DNA of 64,000 bases from Eledone cirrhosa (lineage: Eukaryota), in contig OZ024744.1 in assembly GCA_964016885.1 (NCBI GenBank), positions 108,562,001 to 108,626,000 on the forward strand. Direction: 5' to 3'. Positions 36,223-48,393 of the stretch are shown here, one piece after another (position 1 is the first letter of the stretch; each line of letters opens with the position of its first letter). The notes beneath the pieces were generated by a model, which worked only from the letters and a program-made list of their open reading frames with translations, had not been told where the DNA came from and searched no databases. The position numbers were made by a program, and so were the translations under genes.

Positions 36223-36502
36223 AATAGAATTTTAGTCTACGACTTCAGTTATACCATTTACGTGGTTTTGTCTTTGCGTGCAATTGTTCTCCACGCTCCA
36301 CATAGGACGTATTATCTTTGTTTTTTCCGTTCATTGCCAGCGAACGTCTCCACGAACCACCTAATAGAATATTAGTCTACGACTTCATTTATACCTTAAA
36401 CGTGATTTTGTCTTTGCGTGTAATTGTTTTCACCGCTCCAAATAATGACGTATTATATTCGTTTTTTCCGTTCTTCGCCAGGGAACGTTTCCACGAGCCA
36501 AA
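36223..36502. repeat. Diverged ~139-bp tandem duplication
   Basis: aatagaat(t/a)ttagtctacgacttca...ctttgcgtg...ttttttccgttc...ccacga occurs twice in tandem. Confidence 0.75.
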
Positions 36503-36722
36503 GTATCGTCTTCCTGTCTTCCTTTGGTTGCAACATTTTTCGAAATATTTACTTCTGTGTTCACAGATTGACTTTTTTAGTTTCAGAAGATCCCGTTAAG
36601 AGTGAAAGCAGCTATTCTTTGCTTAAACATTAATCTGTTATTTTAATAAATATTTGCTCTACGGTTCTTACATATTTGATATATATTTATCCTTATCGAG
36701 CCCTCTGGATTTTAGTCTTCTA

Positions 36723-36770
<48 letters not shown>

Positions 36771-36771
<1 letters not shown>

Positions 36772-39700
36772 TGCATTTATCTTGCTTTATGTTTATACGA
36801 GTTATCACCAAGTCACAACCAGTGACCTCAAGAGACAACAAGGTCCGCCATGTTCAAGAAAGAACACACATATTCACACATGCATCCTTAGTGTTTAGAC
36901 TTGTGATGTACTTATATTGACAGGATCTTCCTTAGTATATGGGCAGTTCCCATTAGTACTATCTTTTGTATTTCTCCTATACGCGGGTTTCCTGGGATTT
37001 GCGATAAGTAGTCGTTAGACCCCTTAGGTATCATTCCCAGAGCGCCTACAACCACTGGTATTGTTTTAGTTCTCAATTTCCACATTTTTCCAATTTCTAT
37101 CTCCAGGTCCTTATACTTGCTCAATTTTTCAAATGTTTTTATAGATACATTCTTGTCTATTGGAACAGACATATCAATTAGCAGGCATACCCTCCTTTGA
37201 AAGTCCTTCAATATTATATCAGGTCTATTTGCATCTATTTTTCGGTCTGTTTGGATGCTAAAGTTCCACAAGATTGAGATGTGATCTTTTTCAAGTATGG
37301 GAGGTGGTTGATGCTCCCACCAATTCTTTTGATGGGGCAGGTCAAAATGCTTACACATGATCCAATGTATGTATTGTGCAGCTCTGTCATGCCTGTTTAG
37401 GTATTCGGTTGGAGCTATAGGACTGCACATTGAAATTATATGGTCAATGGTCTCTGGTTGTTTTTTGCATACACGGCATAATGGGCTGCACCCATTTTTT
37501 ATTATGTTGGCTTGGTAATTTTTTGTTGGCAGACACTGATCTTGTGCGGATATAATCAGTCCTTCAGTCTCCGATTTCAGTCCAGAGGATGCCAACCACT
37601 GATGGGTTAAAGTTTTGTCAACATCAGGATTGTTAGCTCGCTCTGGGTATTTTCCATACAGAGGCTTTTCTTGCCATTTCTTAGCCAGTTTCTGTAGCAG
37701 TTCTTTCTTTGCAGTTACTTTTACCTGCTTTGCTTTTTCTGTGTTTTCCATTTCAGCAGTAAATGGGACTTCTGAAATTTGTAGTCCATTACTGTATCTT
37801 TGTGCATCTTTTGTAATGGAATATGATCTTTTGGTGCTTTCGTGTTTCAAAACGAGTTTGATCATCCAATCATGTGATTCCCTTAGATATGTGGATAATC
37901 CAATTGTTGCAGTTTTCAACGCAATGTCTAACTGGATTAACCCACGTCCTCCTTCTTTCCTAGGGAGATATATTCTATCTATGTCTGCCTTAGGGTGATG
38001 CATTCTGTGCATGGTTAAGAATTTTCGGATTTTTGTATCGAGCCTACGGATCTCTGTGCTTGACCAGTTGATGACATTGTAACTGTAGGTTACTACTGGT
38101 ATGGCAAGCGTGTTTATGGCATCGATCCTATTCCTTGCATTCAATTCCGTTCTTAAGATTGCTCTGACTCTGCGGTAACATTCCTTCCTTATCCTTTCCC
38201 TCATTGTCGAGTGCTTGATTCCGTCTCCTTCACAAACACCTAGATATTTGTAAGTTTGTTCTTGATCAAGCTCTCTTATCACGTTCCCCCGATCAAGATT
38301 AATGTCTGAACTCTTCAGCAGCTTTCCTCTGGTGAACGTTGCTTTGGCGCATTTATCCAGTCCAAACTCCATTTTAATGTCATCACTGAACTGCTTCACA
38401 GTGGATAATAGCCCTTGCAATTGTTCATCATTTTTTGCGAATAGTTTCAGGTCATCCATGTAGAACAGGTGATTAATGGTTTTGTCATAGACTCTATATC
38501 CATGTTTTGTTTCATTGAGCATTTTACTTAATGGTATAAGTGCGATGCAGAATAAAAGCGGTGATAAAGAGTCACCCTGAAAAATTCCACAATTAATGTT
38601 AACTTCTCCAGCTTCCAGTGATTTTGTTTCACTATTCAAAAGGAGTGTCGTTCTCCATGTCCTCATACTGAATGACAAAAACCTCCTGACAACGGGGGAT
38701 ATTTTGAAAATCTCTAAACATTTTTCAATCCAACTGTGTGGCAAACTATCAAATGCTTTTTTATAATCTATCCAAGCAATCGATAGATTTTTGTGTCTAT
38801 TATGACAATCTTCCAGTATCATTTTGTTAACCAGAAGCTGATCCTTACAGCCATATGAGCCTCGTTTACACCCTTTCTGCTCAATGGGAAATAGGTCATT
38901 TGTTATCAGGTGGTCATATGTGTATTCAGTTAGGACTGATGTTAAAATTTTATACATTGTGGTCAAGCAGGTTATCGGTCTGTAATTTTTGGGATTGTTT
39001 GTCTCATCATTCTTCGGTAGCAGGAATGTAATGCCGTTAACTAGCCATGATGGTATCTTTTCTGGCTCCTTAACTATTTCATTGTAAAGTTGGGCCAACA
39101 GCTCATGAGACTCTGTGAAGGCATTTATCCAAAAGTTTTGTATTTTGTCTTTTCCTGGGGATTTCCATTTGCTGGTTTTTCTTAGAGCCAAGCGCAGCTG
39201 TTCAACTGTTATATTTTCCCATGTTTGTTCTTCAAGGTGAGCTGTTTCTTTCATTTGTCTGTCTATCCATGGGGCATGTATGTTATGAACTTTTTCTTCG
39301 GCCCAGATCTTTTCCCAGAATTCTTGCACTTCCTCCTTGGGTGGTATTGATTTAGCAGTTATTGTTGACTTACCAATTTTTCTGTAGAAGTTTCTTTGGT
39401 TGTTTTTGAACATATTATTGTCCTTATAGAATCTAGATCGTTTTTCAAAGCGCCTTATACGAGCAGCTTTGGCCGACACTTTTTGCTTGATTGTTTCTAT
39501 CAGCATGTCTATGTCACATGTTGATCTTATACTGTACTTTTTTTTCAATTTTCTAAGTTTAGTTTGTTTAACATGTTCACCTACTTTATAGTTTGTTAAA
39601 ATTTCTATGTCAGATCGGAGAAGGTTTATTTGGCGATTGATGTTATCTTGCCAAGTAGATTTCTTGTGGGAATTCCTTTGTTTTTTCATCTTCACTCCAC

Positions 39701-40107
39701 ATAAGTGAGTGGTGACTTTAGCCGATGCATAATAGAGATGATTTAAGTCAGTAATGTTTATTTTGTTTGTGATGATAATGTTTTTGAGAATTATGTTAGT
39801 CTTGTGTATTATCTTTTGGTTCTGTTTGGAGTTCTGGATCTTAGGGAGGGTGTCTCGTTCCCCCATGTCAGTTTCTTTCATTTTCATCCATTCGATCATA
39901 ATTTCATCCTTCAAGTTGGCAAGTTCATTCTCATTCATTTCTTTATCATTTACGATCTCATTATTTTCATTTGGAGTTTCATCCTGAGCATGCACTCCCT
40001 CCACTTTTTCGCTCCTTTCTTTAATTTGTTCTGTTGCCAGTGATTCCGCCCCAACTCTGGGATTCGAAGTGTTACAGTTTACCTCGTTTTCACTGACACG
40101 TGTTAGT
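36771..40107 (-). mobile_element. R4/Dong-clade non-LTR retrotransposon, 5'-truncated, 3' end abutting (TAA)n
   Basis: Single RT-RLE ORF, short 3' UTR, and a (TAA)n tract at 36722-36770, the target type known for Dong-like elements. Confidence 0.88.
36912..40004 (-). CDS. Reverse transcriptase + CCHC zinc knuckle + restriction-like endonuclease (R4/Dong type), 1030+ aa, uninterrupted
   Basis: KSPGKD, YRPITCL, WIDYKKAFDS, GIFQGDSLSP, LFYMDDLK, YKYLG, GGRGL, CRVC...HIISMC, RHD, RPDI...LIDMSVP, EKLSKY, PVVVGALG. The frame stays open upstream to ~40107, so the start is not a true ATG. Confidence 0.93.
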   Translation of the reverse strand: MEGVHAQDETPNENNEIVNDKEMNENELANLKDEIMIEWMKMKETDMGERDTLPKIQNSKQNQKIIHKTNIILKNIIITNKINITDLNHLYYASAKVTTHLCGVKMKKQRNSHKKSTWQDNINRQINLLRSDIEILTNYKVGEHVKQTKLRKLKKKYSIRSTCDIDMLIETIKQKVSAKAARIRRFEKRSRFYKDNNMFKNNQRNFYRKIGKSTITAKSIPPKEEVQEFWEKIWAEEKVHNIHAPWIDRQMKETAHLEEQTWENITVEQLRLALRKTSKWKSPGKDKIQNFWINAFTESHELLAQLYNEIVKEPEKIPSWLVNGITFLLPKNDETNNPKNYRPITCLTTMYKILTSVLTEYTYDHLITNDLFPIEQKGCKRGSYGCKDQLLVNKMILEDCHNRHKNLSIAWIDYKKAFDSLPHSWIEKCLEIFKISPVVRRFLSFSMRTWRTTLLLNSETKSLEAGEVNINCGIFQGDSLSPLLFCIALIPLSKMLNETKHGYRVYDKTINHLFYMDDLKLFAKNDEQLQGLLSTVKQFSDDIKMEFGLDKCAKATFTRGKLLKSSDINLDRGNVIRELDQEQTYKYLGVCEGDGIKHSTMRERIRKECYRRVRAILRTELNARNRIDAINTLAIPVVTYSYNVINWSSTEIRRLDTKIRKFLTMHRMHHPKADIDRIYLPRKEGGRGLIQLDIALKTATIGLSTYLRESHDWMIKLVLKHESTKRSYSITKDAQRYSNGLQISEVPFTAEMENTEKAKQVKVTAKKELLQKLAKKWQEKPLYGKYPERANNPDVDKTLTHQWLASSGLKSETEGLIISAQDQCLPTKNYQANIIKNGCSPLCRVCKKQPETIDHIISMCSPIAPTEYLNRHDRAAQYIHWIMCKHFDLPHQKNWWEHQPPPILEKDHISILWNFSIQTDRKIDANRPDIILKDFQRRVCLLIDMSVPIDKNVSIKTFEKLSKYKDLEIEIGKMWKLRTKTIPVVVGALGMIPKGSNDYLSQIPGNPRIGEIQKIVLMGTAHILRKILSI

Positions 40108-40109
40108 TA

Positions 40110-40982
40110 ACTGGAAAGTTTGTTGAAATGAATATCAAACCACTACCTGCAGTCTCAGATATTCAGGATGTACCGGAGGGTTCTTGCTGTTCCCAGCAAG
40201 CATGCCTTTTGAAGTGTTCCAAAAAGTGGGGCTGGACTAATTTTCTTTAACCATACTTGGAAACTCTTTGAGATAGTACCTAGTGCGCCTATGACAATCG
40301 GGACGACTCTGACTTCATGGCAGTTCCAAATCTTTTTTACCTCCCACTTTAAGTCCTGGTATCGGTTAATTTTCTCCCTCTCCTTTTCTTGCACTGTCGT
40401 GTCAAATGGGCAGGCTACGTCTACAATCAGGCATGATCTTTTTTCCTTGTCCAAAACCACCAGATCAGGCCTATTGTGTTCCAGTTTCTTGTCCATCTGT
40501 ATCCTAAAATCCCACAGCACCTTTACCTGATCGTTTTCTATCACCAACTCTGGCTTATACCCATACCACTTCTCAGAATGTGGTAAATTGTTTACTTTGC
40601 ATAGATGCCAGTGGATCACCCTGCCCATCACATCATGTCTCCAGCCCTTATAGTGAGTCTGGGCTAGGTGTTTACACTCGGATACAATGTGAGCCACAGT
40701 CTCCCCTCTCTCTCTCCACAGATCCTACACAATGGGCTAGCCTCCTCCTTGTAAATATGGTGTTTCACCCATTTCGTTCCTGAGGGTCTGCTCTTGCACA
40801 GCCATTAGCATTCTTTCTGTAGCCTTTTTAAGGTCTCCTCTTTTTAACTAGTTCCATGTCTGTGGATCTCTAAATTCAGTTTCCTCAAAGAAAATACTAT
40901 GAAGGGATTTTTCATGAAGGTTGCTCTTCCTCCTTGCTGTTATTTCCTCCTTGGACATCCCCTGGTCTATTGTCCTCTCCCA
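40110..40982 (-). mobile_element. 3' fragment of a second, diverged R4/Dong-type element (RLE domain)
   Basis: ORF 40155-40697: HIVSEC, RHD, HNRPDLVV, IVDVACP, EKINRYQDL, PIVIGALG, LQKACLLGTA; (TAA)n at 40983-41002. Confidence 0.88.
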
Positions 40983-41036
40983 TATTATTATTATTATTAT
41001 TACTATATATATATATATATATAGTAATATATATAT

Positions 41037-41190
41037 TACACTGGAGGAGGAAGACCAAGGTTAACGTATGTTGATGCCCTCAGGACAGACACTGGTCTGT
41101 TGGAGACGCAGGACATGGCAGCGATAATGAGGGACAGAGACCGCTGGAGAGAAATCGTCCATGGATCTCGGGAATTTTACCCGCCTCTAG
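41037..41190 (+). mobile_element. LINE 3' fragment, family C (RRGRPRLTYVDALRTDTG...)
   Basis: Near-identical to 56070-56305 (reverse) and 48749-48875. Confidence 0.8.
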
Positions 41191-41211
41191 AAAAAATATA
41201 TATAAATTTAA

Positions 41212-41827
41212 AAAAATATTATCGCTCTACATGGCTGAATACAATAAATGTAATCTGAGTTTTTCGAATATTAATAATAATATTCGATTCGTTTGCAATT
41301 ATGCAAACAAGCCTCATAGAATGAGCCCCTCATTCTTGCTCTTGCGTTGGCATGTAAACAGAACTGCAGACATTAATGTTTCTGGGTATCACCCTTCATC
41401 AGTACAGTTCACTGTTCACCTGCCAACTGTCAGAGCTAGTGAACATATATTACATTTTCTAATATATACAGTGACTGATCGGCCTGATTTGCATATTAGC
41501 AGACTTGTTGATCAGTCAGATCTGCATATTAGCAGATCCACTGATCAGCCAGATTTGCATATCAGCAGACTGGCCAGTCAGTTTCCTGTATACGAGCGAT
41601 TAATGGCCGGCTTTGCCATATTCAAATAAAAAATTTATTTACAAAATTATCGCTCTACATAACTGAATACAATAAATATAACAACTCAGATTACATTTAT
41701 TGTATTCAAGAGCAAGAATGAGGGGCTTATTCTACTCACATGGCTTTAAAAATCAGGCTTGTTTGCATAATTGTAAATGAATCTAATATTATTATTAATT
41801 TTCGAAAAACTTACATTACATTTATTA
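41212..41827. mobile_element. Unclassified element with ~110-bp inverted repeats and internal 33-bp repeats
   Basis: 41237-41344 is the inverse of 41706-41826; 41212-41250 is repeated directly at 41643-41680; three 33-bp units at 41475-41573. Confidence 0.6.
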
Positions 41828-42011
41828 TCCCAGTAGAGGAAGACCATGAAAAACATGGGTGGAGGTGGTGAGAGCAGACCTCAGATCACTGAAGCTCACA
41901 GAGGAGATGACGATGGACCGTGCCGTGACAAGTGGAGAGATGCTGAATAGGACCCGTCCCACCCTTGCAAGCTGGGAAAAGCGGACGTAAAATGATGATG
42001 ATGATGATGAT
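41828..42011 (+). mobile_element. RTE-type LINE 3' end, family B, (GAT)n tail
   Basis: RGRP..TW motif, then cccgtcccacccttgcaagctgggaaaagcggacgtaaaatgatg; matches 50455-50650 reversed. Confidence 0.8.
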
Positions 42012-42449
42012 GTATATATATAGGGGAGGGTCATATTGTTGTAATAATATTGCCAGAATTAATAACAGAACACACTCACTGTTTGGTTGGTTTTCGCTTC
42101 TGTGTCTTTTATATCAGTTAATTTATTCGGTCCTCAATGTTTACCATTGACTGACCAACGGTCAAAAATACAAATATAATATAGACACAAACACATATAT
42201 ATAGTCTAACAAAGTTCTTTCGTTGCACATCTGCAACATCGTCAGTGGTGCTATTATGTTTCCTCCTGTTGTATTGTATGTCTACCCTATCTTTATTTAA
42301 TCTTTTTATTTATTTATTTATTTATTTATATTTCTCTTAGGTCAGTATTGTTTGTTTGGGTGTTGTTATTCCATTCATTTTTTCTGTTTAGCTTTGGCCT
42401 TCTAAGATTTGGTGGACCAAAGCCATACGTACCCCCCAAAACAATGATC

Positions 42450-43791
42450 AGGTAAGAAAAGTGTTCGCACATGCAATAGGGGCTAGTATTAAAACTACCT
42501 AAAGGGCCACATATTCAAATTCAACGAGAAGATCTACACCCAAAATGAGGGAGCAGCCATTGGCGTCAGCATAGCTGGTGACGTTGCCAACCTTTTTATG
42601 GTATGGTGGGAAAGGAGACTCAAAGATCTCGTTGATGAGAGCTCCATAGACCTCATCATGTACTCTCGTTACGTAGACGACATCAATATAGTAATAAGGA
42701 CATCCCCACTAGAGAGCACTAACAAGTATGATTTAGAATGTAGCACAATGGAAAGCATCCAGCAGATAGCTAATTCCATACACCAGAGTATAACTGTAAC
42801 TATCGACTACCCTTCCAAACACCCTAACAATAGACTACCTGTATTAGACACGGAACTCTGGATTAATACTATAGACGAGAGAGCCCAAATTCTCCACTCA
42901 CACTACGCTAAACCCGTGGCCTTCAAATACCTGATACTCAAAAACTCACCAATGTCCAGTAGTGCTAAGTTTAATATTCTGATCGCAGACTTGGTACGAG
43001 TGATGAAGAATGTGTCCCGCATGTGCGACCCAACAGAAATGGAAAGACACATCCAACACTTCATCAACTGCATGCAGTTCGCTGGCTACAACCAAAGAGA
43101 CAGAATCAGAGGATACGAAAGAGTCACGGAGAAGTATAAGACCCTCATAGAACTGGACATGAAAGGAATTTTCCCATTATACAGGAGCAAATCATGGAAT
43201 AGCTTAGATAGGACTAAACATAAGATAGGGAAAGCCACCTCATGGTACGACAACCAGAGATACCAGAGGGTCATGTTCGTGGACGCTACCCCTGGATGGA
43301 AATTAGCTAACCAGTGTAGAAAGGCCATGAGAAAAGATCCACTTAAAGATTAAGGTGGTAGAAAAGCCAGGAACCACAATAAAATCCCTGATCAGCAAAA
43401 CATACCCTTTTAAGAAAACCCACTGTCCTAATAGGAAATGTATTATATGTAAAGTAAACCCCCGGATAAACTGTAAATCTAGAAACGTTGTCTATAGTAT
43501 AAGATGTACAGAGGGTACTTGCAGAAACATGACAACAACATACAAAGGCGAGACAGCTCGTAGCATAGGTGAAAGGATAACCAACACTGAGTGGAACTAA
43601 AGGGAAAAAAAAACGGTTCAGTACTATACGAACACGCCAGACAACAACATGACGGTAAAATAGACAACATAGAAATAAAAATATCTAAACATATAAATGA
43701 CCCGGCAGATAGGCAAATCAGAGAGGCCAGTGAAATGGAACTTAGAAGGCCAAAGCTAAACAGAAAAAATGAATGGAATAACAACACCTAA
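42450..43791 (+). pseudogene. Penelope RT C-terminal half + GIY-YIG (frameshifted)
   Basis: GAAIGVSIAGDVANLFM, YSRYVDDI, LPVLDT (42598-43353); CPNRKCIIC...NVVYSIRC...YKGET (43355-43600); RQIREA...LNRKNEW (43591-43791). Confidence 0.9.
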
Positions 43792-44048
43792 ACGAACAAT
43801 ACTGACCTAAGAGAAATATAAATAAATAAATAAATATATACACAAGCAGAATAACAACAAAGACATGTAAACACAAACTAGTAAACTAAGATAGAATACA
43901 ATAACCAAAACACAGTCACCCAAACGCGAACACACACCAAACACTATACACACACGCAAACGCATGCGCAGAGAAGACAAAAATAAGTAAATAAATAAAT
44001 AAATAGATTAAATAAAGATGGCGTAGATATACAATATAACAGGAGGAA

Positions 44049-44115
44049 ACATAATAGCACCACTGACGATGTTGCAGATGTGCAACGAAAGAACTTTGTT
44101 AGACTATATATATGT
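44049..44115 (+). ncRNA. Hammerhead ribozyme motif in the pLTR (mirror copy at 42195-42259 on the minus strand)
   Basis: CUGACGA-u-GUUGCA gaug UGCAAC-GAAA-G aa CUU; same layout as 30076-30150 with compensatory changes in stem II; stem I weaker. Confidence 0.7.
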
Positions 44116-44336
44116 GTTTGTGTCTATATTGTATCTGTATTTTTGACCGTTGGTCACTCAATGGTAACATTGAAGACCGAATAAATTAACTGATATAAAA
44201 GATACAGAAGCGAAAACCAACCAAACAGTGAGTGTGTTCTGTTATTTATTCTGGCAATATTATTACAACAATATGACCCTCCCCAAGTATAACAATATTT
44301 GTTTCGACACACGATTTCATATCAAAAACCTCGCAA

Positions 44337-44432
<96 letters not shown>

Positions 44433-44473
44433 ATATATATGTATATATATATAATATATATAAATATATATAC

Positions 44474-44546
<73 letters not shown>

Positions 44547-44831
44547 GTATATGATATATATGTATCATCATCATCATCATCATCATCATCATCGTTTAAC
44601 TCCTGTCTAATCCATGCTAGCATGGATTAGACAGGAATTGTCCCATTTGAAGCAAGATTGGTCGGGTGACCATGTCTCGCTCGTATAGGACTATTTGGCA
44701 AGTTTTCTACGACAGGATGCCCTTCCTAACACCGACCACATATACAGTGTGGACTTTTTACGGGGTTACCTACACGACCACATATATGTATATATGTATA
44801 TAATATATATATGTATATAATATATATATGT

Positions 44832-44865
<34 letters not shown>

Positions 44866-44879
44866 ATATATATATATAT

Positions 44880-45212
44880 CATCATCATCATTTTACGTCC
44901 GCTTTTTCCCTGCTTTCAAGGGTGGGACGGGAACTGATGCTGGCTTGATTTCTACAGCTGGATGCCCTTCCTAACACCAACCTCATTTACAGTGAGTGCT
45001 GGGTGTTTTTTGCCGTGGCACCTCCACGACCACTTTGCAGTGGAATGATAGGGACCCCAGTCGCTATCATCTCATTTCTACAGCTGAGTAAACTGGAGCA
45101 ATGTGAAATAAAGTGTCTTGCTCAAGGAAACAACACATCACCCGGTCTGAGAATTGAACTCACAACCTTTCGATTGCAAGGCCAATGCTCTAACCACTAA
45201 GTCATGTGCCTC
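44880..45212 (-). mobile_element. Composite tRNA-derived SINE (tRNA head, CORE-like body, RTE-derived tail, (GAT)n)
   Basis: Minus strand: A-box tagtggttag, B-box gagttcaattc, ccttgagcaagacactt, and a tail nearly identical to the LINE family B 3' end. Confidence 0.8.
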
Positions 45213-45296
45213 CATATATATATATTTTATATATATATATGTATATATATATATAATATGTATATGTGTATATATATATATAAAATATATATGTAT

Positions 45297-45327
<31 letters not shown>

Positions 45328-45677
45328 TATATACATATACATATATATATTATATATATACATATATATTATATATATATATATATATAATATATATATG
45401 TATATATATATATATGCTTTCAAGAAACCACTGGTAAATGAAATAATTGCCTTATGTTGTTTATTACATAACTATATATATATATATACTCTTTTACTCT
45501 TTTACCTGTTTCAGCCATCCGGCTGAGGCCATGCTGGGGCACCGCCCTTGATTATATATATATATATATAATATTATATAAATATATACATATATATATA
45601 TTATATATATACATAGTATTAAGGATACTATTTATGGTTATGTATATACTAAAACCTTTTATAATTATATATATATT

Positions 45678-45862
45678 TGTTTCTACTTTAGGCACAAGGC
45701 CAGAAATTACCCAGTTCATTACTGGTACTTTATTTTATCGACCCCGTAAGGATGAAAGGCAAAGTCAACCTCGGCGAGATTTGAACTCAGATCGTAAAGG
45801 GACATAACTATGCTGGAAAGCATGGCGTCCGACCCTCTACCGATACTGCCAATCCACCGCCT
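45678..45862 (-). mobile_element. Full-length SINE family A
   Basis: Reverse complement of the 58171-58360 sequence. Confidence 0.88.
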
Positions 45863-46036
45863 GTAATTATGTATATATTATAATTATATATATATTATAC
45901 TATAATTATATATATATTATACTATAATTATATATATATTATACCCTAAATAGTGAAAGACAGTAATTCATTACTATCTTATTACCAGTAAGATAAATAG
46001 CTCAATGTAACAACATCAGTTGTTTTACAGAGCAGT

Positions 46037-46178
46037 TATATAGAGATTACATGAAACAAAATTCTGTTTAAATCATTTATCTGCTTACAATTGTTTCTTC
46101 CAAACCTCGGTTTGGAAGAAACAATTGTAAGCAGATAAATGATTTAAACAGAACTTTGTTTCATGTAATCTCTATATA
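46037..46178. repeat. Near-perfect palindrome, 70-bp arms, 2-nt loop
   Basis: ...tttcttccaaacc tc ggtttggaagaaa...; the arms contain the hammerhead 3' half GAAACAATTGTA. Confidence 0.92.
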
Positions 46179-46447
46179 TATACATATATATATTATATAT
46201 AAATATACATATACAAATAAATTTTGCTTTCAATCATCAGAATGAAAAAATTCTGGTGTTTTTATTGACATTGGATTTTAAAAACAAAAATATAATCTAT
46301 ATGAAAGTGAGGCTGGAAAAGGAAGAAGGAAAGGAAAAATAAACACACATGCACACACACACACACACAATTACATACACACACATATACATACACATAT
46401 ATACACACACATACATACACACACACACACATATATATGTATATATA

Positions 46448-46819
46448 TACAATATTAAATAAATGGAAAACTATATTTATAAAACCATATTTATTTCATT
46501 ATATATATTTCGGGGATATCATATTAACAATATGTTATGCCTTCATCAGACAAAATACAATATAAACAGTTTTATAGATAAATATATTCGACATACCGTA
46601 ATAAACATCAACTTCATTTGAAGAGGTTTACTCTAGCAAACCTCTTCAAATGAAGTTGATGTTTATTACCGTATGTCGAATATATTTATCTATAAAACTG
46701 TTTATATTGTATTTTGTCTGATGAAGGCATAACATATTGTTAATATGATATCCCCGAAATATATATAATGAAATAAATATGGTTTTATAAATATAGTTTT
46801 CCATTTATTTAATATTGTA
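46448..46819. repeat. Near-perfect palindrome, 182-bp arms, 8-nt spacer
   Basis: Arms read base by base; centre gaagaggttt actctagc aaacctcttc. Confidence 0.92.
46691..46789 (+). ncRNA. Type I hammerhead ribozyme (mirror copy on the minus strand in the left arm)
   Basis: uauuuugu-CUGAUGA-stem II (gg..cauauu guu aauaug..cc)-GAAA-UAUAUAUA-augaaaua; palindromic stem III; AUA cleavage triplet. Confidence 0.8.
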
Positions 46820-47005
46820 AATATACTCCAAATATTTGTCGAGTGCTTTTATATCAGTTATAAATATTTACTAGTTGTAACCCAACAATTTTAAATATAA
46901 CTTTACATGTATGTATATATATATATATTCATACACATACATATACACATACATACACACATATATATCAACATATTCATACATACACATACACACAAAT
47001 ACACA

Positions 47006-47038
<33 letters not shown>

Positions 47039-47042
47039 CAGC

Positions 47043-47073
<31 letters not shown>

Positions 47074-47420
47074 CATACACACAATCATACATATATACAC
47101 ACGTACATACACACACATACATACACACATCTATACACGCATACATACGTATGCACAAATATAGAAATATGTACACACACCTACATACGCACGCACACAA
47201 ATAGTTATAAGAAAAATATAATAATAAAAATACCGTCACATAAGAAGAAAAAATAAATGAAAGAATTATTATAAAGTTGACAGCGATACAGGCAACAGAT
47301 AAATGTACAAACACACGTGGTAAGCAATACACACAATTGCACATACACATACATACATAAAAATAAATACATACACACACACACACATACATACATATAC
47401 ATATACACATACATACACAT

Positions 47421-47507
<87 letters not shown>

Positions 47508-47689
47508 CATATATACATATATATATATAAATGAAAGGTATAGAAAACATTGTAACAAGAAGCCAACAGTATTCCATGATATATATGTATATATGTATAT
47601 AATGTAGGAGGTGAGTTTTATTGTAGTACAATAAAGCAATGCAGATATCGGATAAGAAGCACTCTACAATTTGTAGGACTGGAGTATAC

Positions 47690-48024
47690 ATAATATAAGA
47701 TCAAAAGATGGTTAAAGGAGTTCCATGTATTTTATTATGCGCATTTCAAAAACAAACATCATCATGCAATAATACTTGTGTTTTCATCAGATAAAACAGG
47801 AGAACATGATATGAAGGCTAAAAAACACTTGTGGATAGTGCAGTTTTAAATATGATATGTTGATTTAAAACTGCACTATCCACAAGTGTTTTTTAGCCTT
47901 CATATCATGTTCTCCTGTTTTATCTGATGAAAACACAAATATTATTGCATGATGATGTTTGTTTTTGAAATGCGCATAATAAAATACATGGAACTCCTTT
48001 AACCATCTTTTGATCTTATATTAT
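47690..48024. repeat. Near-perfect palindrome, 162-bp arms, 11-nt spacer
   Basis: Centre gcagttttaaat atgatatgttg atttaaaactgc. Confidence 0.92.
47909..47994 (+). ncRNA. Type I hammerhead ribozyme (mirror copy on the minus strand)
   Basis: uguuuuau-CUGAUGA-aaacacaaauauuau..augauguuuguuuu-GAAA-UGCGCAUA-auaaaaua; palindromic stem III AUGCGCAU; stem I pairs. Confidence 0.85.
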
Positions 48025-48079
48025 ATATATATATATGTTTATATGTATATATGTATATATGTATATATGTATATATGTA

Positions 48080-48118
<39 letters not shown>

Positions 48119-48354
48119 TCCTTTCATTTATATATATATATATAAATGAAAAGTATAGAAATTGTTGTAGCGAGAAGCTAACAGTATTCCATAACATATA
48201 TGTGACTATAGCGTCAAAATGGGAAAATAGTTAACAAAAGATATGGGAAAAATAATTCAGACTCATTTCAAAAGGAATCAGGATATAGATTTATCCAACA
48301 GAATTTATATATATATATATATACATACACATACATATACATACATATACACAA

Positions 48355-48393
<39 letters not shown>

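Larger units (their letters stand above)
42023..44340 (+). mobile_element. Second Penelope-like element (same clade as 29.9-32.3 kb), 5'-truncated, inverted pLTR
   Basis: 42023-42406 is the reverse complement of 43741-44285 with an internal deletion. The 3' tail (gtataacaatat...ttcgacacacgatttca) matches the first copy. Confidence 0.92.
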
